Below the pieces are notes generated by a model. The model was not told the origin of the DNA. It saw only the letters and a list, made by a program, of their open reading frames with translations, and ran no database searches. DNA of 64,000 nucleotides from an uncultured Flavobacteriaceae bacterium (GTDB lineage: Bacteria > Bacteroidota > Bacteroidia > Flavobacteriales > Flavobacteriaceae), in NCBI GenBank assembly GCA_947500575.1, contig CANMSI010000004.1, positions 344,778-408,777 of the forward strand. The letters are read 5' to 3'. This document shows, piece by piece, positions 9,401 through 17,598 of the stretch (position 1 is its first letter; each line of letters starts with the position of its first letter). Made by a program: the position numbers and the translations under genes.

Positions 9401-9923
9401 CATTCAAAGGATTAATGGTAATGGTTTCATTATTATTCTCACCCACCGTTAGCGGGGTGGTACCACCAATACCATCACCAAAAGTACCATCTGCATTTTG
9501 TATAAATATTTGCATAGCAACTACATTGGAATTGGTTCCGGAAGAAGTCATCATAAAATCTGGCCTCCCATCTCCATTCACATCTCCCCAAGCTGCTTGG
9601 CGTTCTGCACGGTCTCCAGAGATCATTCCAGGTGCTAAAGTAGTTTGCACATTGGTAAAAGTTCCATTGCCATTATTACGCATTAAATAATTACGTTGGG
9701 AGGTACTATTTCTATTGATAAGGATATCGATATCACCATCGCCATCAAAATCGGACCATGCGTGCCCCCCATCCTTGCCGCCACCTAAGTTCAGATTATA
9801 GGAAGCCGCACTTTCTGTAAAAGTGGTTTGGGCATATAGTCCAGTAGTACATACTAGAAGAAAATACAAGAGTGTAGAACCGATCTTGTTCTTGGGGAAC
9901 TTCAATGGTATAGTTACTTGCAT
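6444..9923 (-). CDS. Secreted FG-GAP/VCBS repeat protein (ASPIC/UnbV, CRTAC1-like) with cadherin-like, thrombospondin-type-3-like Ca-binding and C-terminal Ig-like modules; ends in VITNRKITYRVNKN
   Basis: 1159-aa ORF with an ATG start. It has a signal-peptide-like N-terminus (LLYFLLVCTTGLYAQ). It carries repeated DxDGDGDxDI motifs (DFDGDGDIDILI, GDVNGDGRPDFMM, WDLDNDGDLDAVW, IDIDDDGDLDIYM). A UnbV-like segment reads [57 protein letters not shown] repeats are also present. Confidence 0.85.
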   Translation of the reverse strand: MQVTIPLKFPKNKIGSTLLYFLLVCTTGLYAQTTFTESAASYNLNLGGGKDGGHAWSDFDGDGDIDILINRNSTSQRNYLMRNNGNGTFTNVQTTLAPGMISGDRAERQAAWGDVNGDGRPDFMMTSSGTNSNVVAMQIFIQNADGTFGDGIGGTTPLTVGENNNETITINPLNVEGAGFFDFEGDGDLDIFFDSHNYGIELLRNNYINHITHTVVNPAPNALFTHITPGNGSGVVEFGLNQFATDGDYGSAADVNDDGWVDIFMRKRNENDFFLNQGGTFTNGSDLAQADNGNKGGNGLWDLDNDGDLDAVWTENGLNQIFRNDGPGIWTPLGAATFPGLPQPSNTDSGSSSNDIDALAGGDIDNDGDIDILFVGDNRSYLFINQLNSPTPAPGVIGSGAAMSFTLDAETFNNRNGEGTTMIDIDDDGDLDIYMNINNNSNQLFINNLPAANRNNHLLIDVTEDRGADGSTGGIPERVAIGTNVIIKDCEGNIVSGLRQVNGVFGHGTQSPEEVHFGLPLGENETYIIEVRYPNFYDASAPGGFSRLIATIVATPSTIPGTNHYDLSTTDAEIVENINAPDAVDDFVTVPIGTTVSVQISLFDNDTEPDGEDFFIDSVVQPAIGTVVIDDADLGLVTYTYSAGTLFPGTTFDYTITDSTVAICPALGKSDTATVTIYEPCADPSGTDTDGDGINDVCDEDDDNDGILDSIESPRAVLWVTQNAAETYEQNVIDKLIALGYTVTVVDDNVGGDANAYDVVFIFEDVFSGDALANVANLTTTASGVITSENALYDDILGANTGGNSNTAFVNILNNTHPITNGLSLGNYDIGDAAFHANNLASGTVLAEHPNGQVAIAVWERGDAMDAGIAPGRRTIVPHTNNTGGFNAAGEDLLVQAIIWTAGVDTDLDGVTDDKDLDSDNDGIYDVVEAGHDLAHTAGRLTGAVGLDGVPDAVQASGQEDSTTINYTVRDSDTDGNRDYVELDSDADGCEDVIEAGYTESGSISGELAGTGTSTTTGVVTGNTDGYTPPADGNSNSVFDFREAGTAPAITTQPIDITICPGCNGSFTVVATNTDSYQWQRFNGSIWVNLTDTGIHSGTNTASLVITNAQTADDGSQYRVIVSNTAYLCDTEISNTAILNVKVNTVITNRKITYRVNKN

Positions 9924-10008
9924 AATGATTGGCTATGTCGAAAAAACACTTAAAGTGTATTTTCAAGCTTATTTGGTACTGCAAAATACCTTGATACCTA
10001 TCTTCAAT

Positions 10009-10023
10009 AAAATAAATGTTGTC
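10009..10023. promoter_or_regulatory. Conserved upstream box AAAATAAATGTTGTC (copy upstream of 6444..9923)
   Basis: The 14-nt string AAAATAAATGTTGT is identical to the 6258 copy. It lies about 90 bp upstream of the ATG at 9923. Confidence 0.4.
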
Positions 10024-10156
10024 AAATAATAAAATAGCAATGTATAGTGCGGTAAAGTTGAAGTAATTGGTCTACTCTAATTTACAGTTCATCGATGGAC
10101 TATCGAGAAATAAAGCACTCATTGAGCAATCTTATAAGAAAAAAATTTCGATATTC

Positions 10157-13100
10157 TTAATTTGGATTTACGCGATACGTAATTCTGCGGTTGGTAATTA
10201 CGGTTCGCACTCGAACAATACTTAAAGGAGAAAACTCAGAAGTAGAATTGGTAATAGTGGCCGTGGATGTAATAAATTCTCCCAAAGCTACTGCCACTGG
10301 TAAAGAAATCGAAAATTGGAACATATTGGTATTGTCTGTATTACCATCTGCGTCCGTATACGAAGATACGCCTGCATTGGTATCGGATGCACTTCCCTCC
10401 ACAACAGTTCCTAAATATACTTGTCCTTCGCCATAATCTGTAGATTGTCCAAATTGGTTGTCGCCTGCGGTAGCAGTTCCTTCATTAACATCTGTTAAAA
10501 ACACTTCAATAGTTGCTCCGGGTCTTGACCAACCGCTAATTACTAGATTTGCCCCTAATTTATAGGCTGATGTAATAATAGGAAAATTCAAGGATCCATT
10601 AGGTCCATTATCGGCATCACCACTATCATTTAGTGTTACCCCATCACCTATTTCGCCAGATTGATCAATATCTATACCTAAACCACCGTTAGCGAATATG
10701 GAATTTTGAGAGATGAGATTCCCAGTGAAATTTCCATTTCCTAAAACTATGCCCGCTCCCCCATTATTGGATATAATGTTTTGGGCAATTGTAGAATTGT
10801 TTCCATCTAATAAAATTCCTGAGTTTTCAACATTTCCATTGCAAAGCCCTCCATTTTGACCAGAGTTGACAATTGTATTTTCTAAAATACTGGCATTCCC
10901 TGAAAAGGCATCTGCGTCTATCCCCAAGGAAGCTGCATTCTCAATTAGGTTTTGTTGAATTACAACACCCAATCCATTTTGTAATAAAATATTATCATTG
11001 CAGGCACCATTCCCATTATTTGTTATCTGATTATTCTGAATAATGGAAGCTGTTCCTCCATTCACAACTATTCCTGCATCTGTATTGGTAGCGATATAAT
11101 TACCATTAATATTTACGGTGCCATCCGTAATTTCAACACCAAAATCTACATTCCCACCATTGGTTCCATTGGCATTTACGCCTAAGAAACTATTGGCAAT
11201 TGTAGCAGATCCACCGTCAATTCTGACAGCAGCATTATTTCCTCCAAACACAGAAACATTCCTAATCACCGTATTGGTTCCTGAATTTTTAAGAACATCT
11301 CCCGTTCCTCTATGAATTTGAATTTCAGGGCGATTATAATTGGGTAATACATTGGCAGAAGTTCCTACCGTAGTTCCGCCTGCTCCTATAGTGCCCCCGT
11401 TGGTATCTCCAGAGTAGGCCGTTTGTGTTCTTCCATCGATGACCGTATTAGTGCCTGTAATAGAAGTTAATGAATCCCCATCAGGAATATCGATATCTAG
11501 GTATCCCCCAATATAATTACTATCTGCTGTTCTACCTAGTGGGTCTCCGCTTACAGGAATCATAAAAATAGAGGTGTCTTCTGTGGCTGCTGGGTCAAAA
11601 ATTCCATTGGCTTCAATATCTAGTGTTGCTTGATCTAAATTATTACTATTTACAATAAACTGTTCTAAAGACCCCTGACCATCTTCATTGGTATTCACAA
11701 TGGTATTGAAATTAAATCCAAAATCGAGCCCTACCACTCCCTCTGAGGTAATGGTAACATTAGACACACTTTGCGCATTATTTAAGGTACCGGCATTTGA
11801 GTCTTGTCCGGCAGGGTTTGCACCACCCACTTCTCCAATAATATTAGCAAAGCCGCCTGCAGTAGCATAATTTCTTCTATAGGTTTGAACGGGTATACAA
11901 GTATTGCAGGTAGTTCCACCACCTCTTGTAGAGCGAATGGTGTTATTTACTACACGGACACTAAAGCTTCCATTTGCCATTCCGCCCATGGTATAATCTC
12001 CAGAGGTATCTGTAGTAACAGATTCTATAAACGTATTTGTATTATCATATAATTCGACTGAAACACCTTCAATACCCACGCCATTTGAGGTTATTAGATC
12101 CCTACCTACTCCACCACCATAATTTACGTCTTCAAAAATATTTCCAACAATTAGATTACTGGGAACTTTAACCAAAACCATATTCGCTATTACATAATCC
12201 TGTCCTGCATTTACTCCTACCGTAATTTCTGAGTCGGCTGCAGCTATATAGGGTGAAATATCATATGTATCTAGATCTACACCATAGGAATTACTAATAT
12301 TAACCACAGGTGCAACCGTGTTATCATAAATGGTAGAATTATAAGCATTGTTTCCGGTTTGCCCACCATCTCCCGTTAAAGTGAAAGAGTTACCGGCTTG
12401 ATTGGTTACAATGAGGGATTCTCCATTCGGATTTGTTGTTCCAGCACTATTACCATCTAAAGTAGCATCTCCTTCCCAGGATAAAACTGTTGTCTTTGCT
12501 CCAACGGAACCAATGGCAAAAAAACCATCCAGCGTATAGGAATTGGAGGTATTGCTTTCACCTTTAAATCCATGATACATGTTTACGGATACCGCAGGCA
12601 GATTGGGGTCTTCATAAAATACGATTAAAGACCAACCTCCTAGAACCGTATTAGTTGAACAATAGGTAAAAACGTTATCGGTATTATCTATATCCAAATC
12701 TGCAAAATCATAAGTATTATTAGAGGGGTTCGTTATACCTTCAATAATCGTGGTTACATCCGAAAGCATGCCAAAAAAAACGTTTCCTTGTACAGAGGAA
12801 GAATACACCAGCTCTGCGCTAATTGATTGTCCTTCAAAAGTAACTTCAGTATCAGGAATCTGATTGGAATGCGCCCAAAGTAAAAATGCCTTCTTTACTG
12901 TGGCAGTAGCAGGAATAGTACTTGTAAGACCTGTTGCTGTTGAACTTGTAACAATTGAACAAGGGTTGACTGTATTGCTTTGATCCCTTAATGAACCACC
13001 AGCAACGGCATAATCAAAATAACCATTAAATTCATCAAATAGCGTAAGTGGTACTTCACTAAGAATCACCTCATCATCTGTAATAGTTACTGTTGCAGTA

Positions 13101-13960
13101 TCTGTAATATCTACAGATGGGTCAGATACCGCAGTAAATGCAATGGTGAATGTCTCATCTAATTCGTAGAAGCTGTCATCCAAAATAGTGATTACAATAT
13201 TATCGGTATCACCAGTTGTTCCATTAAAATTTAACACGCCTCCTGAGATTCCTGTATAATCTACATTTTCATCTGCCGATCCTGCACTTGTAGCATATGT
13301 GGCAGTAAAAGATCCTGTCGCAGAACCCCCATCATGGGTGACAACTAAAGTAACCGTCCCATCGTCTTCAGCAACACTAATATCTTCTACTATCAATACA
13401 GGAGGGAAAATAGCGGAAAACTGAACATTATCTATGGTAATTACTTCTCCATTATTCCAATTACCACTACCAGTGCCAAAGGCAATTGCGGAATTTGCGG
13501 AAATCTCATTGGTCGTCAATGTATGTGTAATACTACCCGTGTTGGTGGTATTTATATTGTCTATTACTTCAAAAAAACCAGTACTCGTGTCAAAAAGATA
13601 TACTGCTAAAGTTTCATTACCTCTTGAAGTAGCATCGTAATCCAACGTCAAGGTAACCGAAGTAGCTCCTGATAGGTCTAAATTTCGGATTATAAACCGA
13701 CCGTCAATATCACTAAAAACAAGTTCCCCACCACTTATAAAAATTCTACCACCGTTTGGACTTCCATCGTCATTACTTTCCTGCCAGTTTGTACCAAAAT
13801 TGCTATTTCCATCATTATTCGCATAAGAAACGGTTCCAAATTGGTCTAAATAGATATTTTGCCCAACAACAAAAGTTGTAAACAAAAAAAATATCAGTAT
13901 TGTTAGTCTTTGGTTTGGCATAAGTTGGAATCCAAAGTTCTCTAGATACATCAGTATCAT
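10157..13960 (-). CDS. Secreted adhesin-like protein: N-terminal beta-sandwich, Calx-beta, shared ~300-aa domain, SdrD-B/CarboxypepD_reg-like module, right-handed beta-helix repeats; ends in VITNRRITYRVNPN
   Basis: 1267-aa ORF. The ATG at 13960 or the internal ATG at 13921 (MPNQRLTILIFFLFTTFVVGQ, a better signal peptide) could be the start. Calx-beta signature: VAEDDGTVTLVVT...DYTGISGGVLNFNGTTGDTDNIVITILDDSFYELDETFTI. Beta-helix-like repeats: NTVIRNVSVFGGNNAAVRIDGGSATIANSFLG. Confidence 0.85.
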   Translation of the reverse strand: MILMYLENFGFQLMPNQRLTILIFFLFTTFVVGQNIYLDQFGTVSYANNDGNSNFGTNWQESNDDGSPNGGRIFISGGELVFSDIDGRFIIRNLDLSGATSVTLTLDYDATSRGNETLAVYLFDTSTGFFEVIDNINTTNTGSITHTLTTNEISANSAIAFGTGSGNWNNGEVITIDNVQFSAIFPPVLIVEDISVAEDDGTVTLVVTHDGGSATGSFTATYATSAGSADENVDYTGISGGVLNFNGTTGDTDNIVITILDDSFYELDETFTIAFTAVSDPSVDITDTATVTITDDEVILSEVPLTLFDEFNGYFDYAVAGGSLRDQSNTVNPCSIVTSSTATGLTSTIPATATVKKAFLLWAHSNQIPDTEVTFEGQSISAELVYSSSVQGNVFFGMLSDVTTIIEGITNPSNNTYDFADLDIDNTDNVFTYCSTNTVLGGWSLIVFYEDPNLPAVSVNMYHGFKGESNTSNSYTLDGFFAIGSVGAKTTVLSWEGDATLDGNSAGTTNPNGESLIVTNQAGNSFTLTGDGGQTGNNAYNSTIYDNTVAPVVNISNSYGVDLDTYDISPYIAAADSEITVGVNAGQDYVIANMVLVKVPSNLIVGNIFEDVNYGGGVGRDLITSNGVGIEGVSVELYDNTNTFIESVTTDTSGDYTMGGMANGSFSVRVVNNTIRSTRGGGTTCNTCIPVQTYRRNYATAGGFANIIGEVGGANPAGQDSNAGTLNNAQSVSNVTITSEGVVGLDFGFNFNTIVNTNEDGQGSLEQFIVNSNNLDQATLDIEANGIFDPAATEDTSIFMIPVSGDPLGRTADSNYIGGYLDIDIPDGDSLTSITGTNTVIDGRTQTAYSGDTNGGTIGAGGTTVGTSANVLPNYNRPEIQIHRGTGDVLKNSGTNTVIRNVSVFGGNNAAVRIDGGSATIANSFLGVNANGTNGGNVDFGVEITDGTVNINGNYIATNTDAGIVVNGGTASIIQNNQITNNGNGACNDNILLQNGLGVVIQQNLIENAASLGIDADAFSGNASILENTIVNSGQNGGLCNGNVENSGILLDGNNSTIAQNIISNNGGAGIVLGNGNFTGNLISQNSIFANGGLGIDIDQSGEIGDGVTLNDSGDADNGPNGSLNFPIITSAYKLGANLVISGWSRPGATIEVFLTDVNEGTATAGDNQFGQSTDYGEGQVYLGTVVEGSASDTNAGVSSYTDADGNTDNTNMFQFSISLPVAVALGEFITSTATITNSTSEFSPLSIVRVRTVITNRRITYRVNPN

Positions 13961-14011
13961 AGAATTAACTTTTTAAATGTATCTCAAAACTAAGGTTTAA
14001 ATAATCCTCAA

Positions 14012-14030
14012 ACTAAATAATGTTGTGAAG
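14012..14030. promoter_or_regulatory. Conserved upstream box ACTAAATAATGTTGTGAAG (copy upstream of 10157..13960)
   Basis: The 19 nt are identical to 17515-17533. A second conserved stretch follows (ATTTG..AAGTAAAC..ATAAAA). Confidence 0.45.
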
Positions 14031-14094
14031 TGGTCAATTTGCGAAGTAAACAGATAAAATAATAAGGTATAAGCAATTACTACACGCTATAACG

Positions 14095-17000
14095 CTAACT
14101 CTTATTGACCCTATACGTAATTCTCCTGTTGGTAATCACGGTTCTTACTCCCACGTTTAGTGTTGCTATATCTGAAATAAGACTAGTTTCACAAACAAAT
14201 GCGATATTAGATATTAAGAGTCTATATTGGTTTCCGTTATCGGCCAATCCGGCGCTTAAAATTGCCAAATTTGAAGTTCCAGATCCTACATAGCGCACGC
14301 CATCATCCACTATATTATTAAATGTTGTTCCGCCATCCGTGCTCTCTTGCCACTGAAAAGTAGTAGCATTATTCCAGGATGAGGTAAAAGTAGCTTGTGT
14401 ACAATCTGTAACCGTTTGATCTGTAGGTTGAACACCCACAGAAGGGCTTACCCCTAGTTCTTGAAAGTCATACGTACCATTAGTATCAAGATCATTTGGT
14501 GTACTGTAACCACCTTGGCCGGTTACCAAACCGTCTGCATCCACTGTTACGGGAGAGTTTCCTAAAACTCCATCATCATCAGGATCTGTAAAACCGGCTT
14601 CAACAGCATCGTTACAACCATCTGCGTCACTATCTAAATCTAGATAATCTAACAGTCCGTCACTATCGGTATCGGGAACCGTACAATAAGAAAAATTATA
14701 CACCTCAATGGTATTAGGGTCAACACTTCCATCTGCTTTTCCACTGGTTACTACAATTCTTGTTACCGCTTGTTCTATAGAAAAACTTATAATTTCATTC
14801 ACATAATTACTCGTTGTAAATGACTGTAATTCACCAATATAAGAGTTAAAATTGTCTCCAGCAACAACACTTCCGCCAATTGTAAAATTTGATGATCCAA
14901 TGAGAATTGGGTTGTTGTTAATATCAAATGCCTCAAAAATAAGTCGATCATCGAACTCCAATCCTCCAAAGGTCATATTTTGAATGGTTGCGGGTTGATT
15001 AAAAACGAATTCATAGGTAGCAGAACCTGCACCATCTGCCACATTCGTTGGTCTTAGATATAAGGTATTACTCCCTACGGCACCTCCATCATCTCTTATT
15101 TGAACTCCGCTGGCCCAAGTAGCGGTACCGTTCAATGTATAATTTAAATCAATATAATTAGTACCATTAGCAGCTAGATTTAATAAACTGCCTGTATTTC
15201 CAGTAGATAGATCTGTATTGATGGTATATCCAGAACTATTGACTTCTGTATTGGTAACGCATATGGATTCATCTGTATCCAAAATACCGTCATTATCGTC
15301 GTCCAAATCCGTTACATCTGGTTCACCATCAAGATCTGTATCCAATAGCGATAAAACCGTTAATATTCCTGTAGATTCTCCCGCTAGTGGAATGTTTTGA
15401 TCATTGGAAACATCTGCAGATGTAATCGTGTTCGTATAAGTTCCATCCGCCACAACCACAATATCAAAAGATACTTCACAATTAGATCCCGCAGGAATAG
15501 TTGCACCAGTGACCATAAAACTATCCGAACCTGGTACTGCCGTAATGGTACCACCACATGATGTTGTAACATTTGGGGCTGTCGCTATGCTCATACCAGT
15601 AGGAAGCACATCTGTCAACATAAAATTAGTAAGTGACACCCCATTAGCCGGATTCTCAACAGATATGGTAACTCTTGAACGGTCGTTTTCAAAAATAGTA
15701 GAAGGACCAAATACTTTGCTAGAAACTGCTGGAAAGGCAATTTCATTCGAAATCACCAATGCACCACCCCAAATACCTTCGCTGCTACTTCCCAAGGTTA
15801 CCGTTGCAGAAGTAGCACTATTGGCTACCAGCCCAGAAGCATCAAAAACGTCTGCATCAATTCCCCAACTGTAGCTGAAATTTGGATTTCTACCTCCAAC
15901 ATCAACACCAAACTCAGAAATAGTACCATTCAATGTATTATTGTTAGGATTTAACGCATTGGATAGTGCTGTTCCGTTGATACTCACAAAATCACCGCTA
16001 CTATTTGCCTCACCATCAAATCCAAAATAACCTGAATGCGTTTCAAAAGCTCCGGTTGAAGGTGTTAGCAGACCAGTTACGGTAAAGGAATCGTTTGCTC
16101 CGAAACCGAAAAAATCAAAGCCATCCCAAATTGAAATATTTCTAGATATCTCTGTTGGATCTTCATATATTATTACCATATTCCACCCTCCATAAGGGCC
16201 TGTAAAACCACTTCCAGTAGCTAGTGCTATATCTGCCACAAAATAATCGCCACTTCCTCCAGATTGCACCATACTGGTAACATCTGCATAGGCCAAAAAA
16301 GAATTCCATCCTGAAAAGGAGGTTGATTCTACATTTCGAACTTCCGCTGCCACCGTTGTATAACTGGCTGCACCTGGTTCCCTAAACTTTACTTGATCAA
16401 TATCTAAGGAGCCGGCAGGGTTTGTAATACCACCGTTAGTGCTAGCATACATTCCACCCCAATACAGAGCAGCATACAAGACCGTAGCACCTCCAGGAAT
16501 ATTTATGCTACTACTACTGGAATTTATGGTAGTAGCGTCTGCATCTACATCGGCATATCCCATTACTACAGAGGGATTATTTGTAACAGGAGTCGCTGGG
16601 CAACCAGACGTACATAAAAGGTTGGTATTCCCTCTCATGATAAAATTTCCCATCAAGTTCAACGCAATTCTTTCTTCATAAGGACGTACATCATCAGGAT
16701 CGCTCTCATTCTCTAAGATCGTACCAATAGCGGTATCGGAGAAATCTACTGTTGGGTCTGAGGCCGCTGTAAATTGAATTGAGAATGTTTCATTTCCTTC
16801 AAAAATCAAGTCGTCTGTAATGCTCACAACGATTTGATCTGTATCGCCAAGGGTTCCATCAAAATTGAGAGTTCCACTAGTAATTGCCGTGTAATCCGTT
16901 CCCGCGTTGGCAGAAATATCTACCGTATTATAGGTAACAGAAAACGGACCAGAAGCCGCTGCATTTTGCGTTTCCACTGTAAACGTTGCTGTACCCCCAT

Positions 17001-17463
17001 CTTCATTTACCGATACATCTAAAACCTCTAGGGTGGGCGCAAAGGGTTGAATATTAAAAGGAACATCTATAAAAGCACCTCCCACTGTTAAATCAGATGT
17101 GAGTATCAATACCCCATCCTGGTATACACGTACAAAAGATCCTGCCCCATTCCACGCATCTCCAAAATTATCTTCTAATCGAATAAAATAGTTATTTCCA
17201 TAAGGGACGCTCGCATAAGTTTCAGGCGTTCCTACAGTATTATAGGCATTATTAGTGCTAGAATCAAAACAAGTAGCTGGGTTACAAATAGAAGCTCCGA
17301 TCTGTGTACTAGTAGGGTTAAAAAAGCGTACCCTGTTATCTGATGACCAATTGGGCCAGTTTACCTCAATAGTAATCGTAGCCTGACTATAAGACATAGC
17401 CGTTAAAAAGAAAAATAATAAAGGTAAAAGACCTTTAACATATTTTAGATTACCAGAGAACAT
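14095..17463 (-). CDS. Secreted adhesin-like protein: EDxFGDxW N-terminal domain, Calx-beta, shared ~300-aa domain, DUF11-like repeat, thrombospondin-type-3-like repeats, Ig-like module; ends in VITNRRITYRVNKS
   Basis: The ORF-track start at 17490 is a TTG. The ATG at 17463 gives MFSGNLKYVKGLLPLLFFFLTAMSYSQ, a signal peptide. Calx-beta signature: VNEDGGTATFTVE...[62 protein letters not shown] is also present. Confidence 0.85.
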   Translation of the reverse strand: MFSGNLKYVKGLLPLLFFFLTAMSYSQATITIEVNWPNWSSDNRVRFFNPTSTQIGASICNPATCFDSSTNNAYNTVGTPETYASVPYGNNYFIRLEDNFGDAWNGAGSFVRVYQDGVLILTSDLTVGGAFIDVPFNIQPFAPTLEVLDVSVNEDGGTATFTVETQNAAASGPFSVTYNTVDISANAGTDYTAITSGTLNFDGTLGDTDQIVVSITDDLIFEGNETFSIQFTAASDPTVDFSDTAIGTILENESDPDDVRPYEERIALNLMGNFIMRGNTNLLCTSGCPATPVTNNPSVVMGYADVDADATTINSSSSSINIPGGATVLYAALYWGGMYASTNGGITNPAGSLDIDQVKFREPGAASYTTVAAEVRNVESTSFSGWNSFLAYADVTSMVQSGGSGDYFVADIALATGSGFTGPYGGWNMVIIYEDPTEISRNISIWDGFDFFGFGANDSFTVTGLLTPSTGAFETHSGYFGFDGEANSSGDFVSINGTALSNALNPNNNTLNGTISEFGVDVGGRNPNFSYSWGIDADVFDASGLVANSATSATVTLGSSSEGIWGGALVISNEIAFPAVSSKVFGPSTIFENDRSRVTISVENPANGVSLTNFMLTDVLPTGMSIATAPNVTTSCGGTITAVPGSDSFMVTGATIPAGSNCEVSFDIVVVADGTYTNTITSADVSNDQNIPLAGESTGILTVLSLLDTDLDGEPDVTDLDDDNDGILDTDESICVTNTEVNSSGYTINTDLSTGNTGSLLNLAANGTNYIDLNYTLNGTATWASGVQIRDDGGAVGSNTLYLRPTNVADGAGSATYEFVFNQPATIQNMTFGGLEFDDRLIFEAFDINNNPILIGSSNFTIGGSVVAGDNFNSYIGELQSFTTSNYVNEIISFSIEQAVTRIVVTSGKADGSVDPNTIEVYNFSYCTVPDTDSDGLLDYLDLDSDADGCNDAVEAGFTDPDDDGVLGNSPVTVDADGLVTGQGGYSTPNDLDTNGTYDFQELGVSPSVGVQPTDQTVTDCTQATFTSSWNNATTFQWQESTDGGTTFNNIVDDGVRYVGSGTSNLAILSAGLADNGNQYRLLISNIAFVCETSLISDIATLNVGVRTVITNRRITYRVNKS

Positions 17464-17514
17464 GCTTGCAATTTGGGGGTTGTACCTCAAAACTAACGCA
17501 TATTAACCGCGATC

Positions 17515-17533
17515 ACTAAATAATGTTGTGAAG
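17515..17533. promoter_or_regulatory. Conserved upstream box ACTAAATAATGTTGTGAAG (copy upstream of 14095..17463)
   Basis: The 19 nt are identical to 14012-14030. It lies about 55 bp upstream of the ATG at 17463. Confidence 0.45.
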
Positions 17534-17598
17534 AGCTCTATTTGATAAGTAAACTCATAAAAACGCAGTGTTAAGAAGTTAATTTTATGACCAATTTG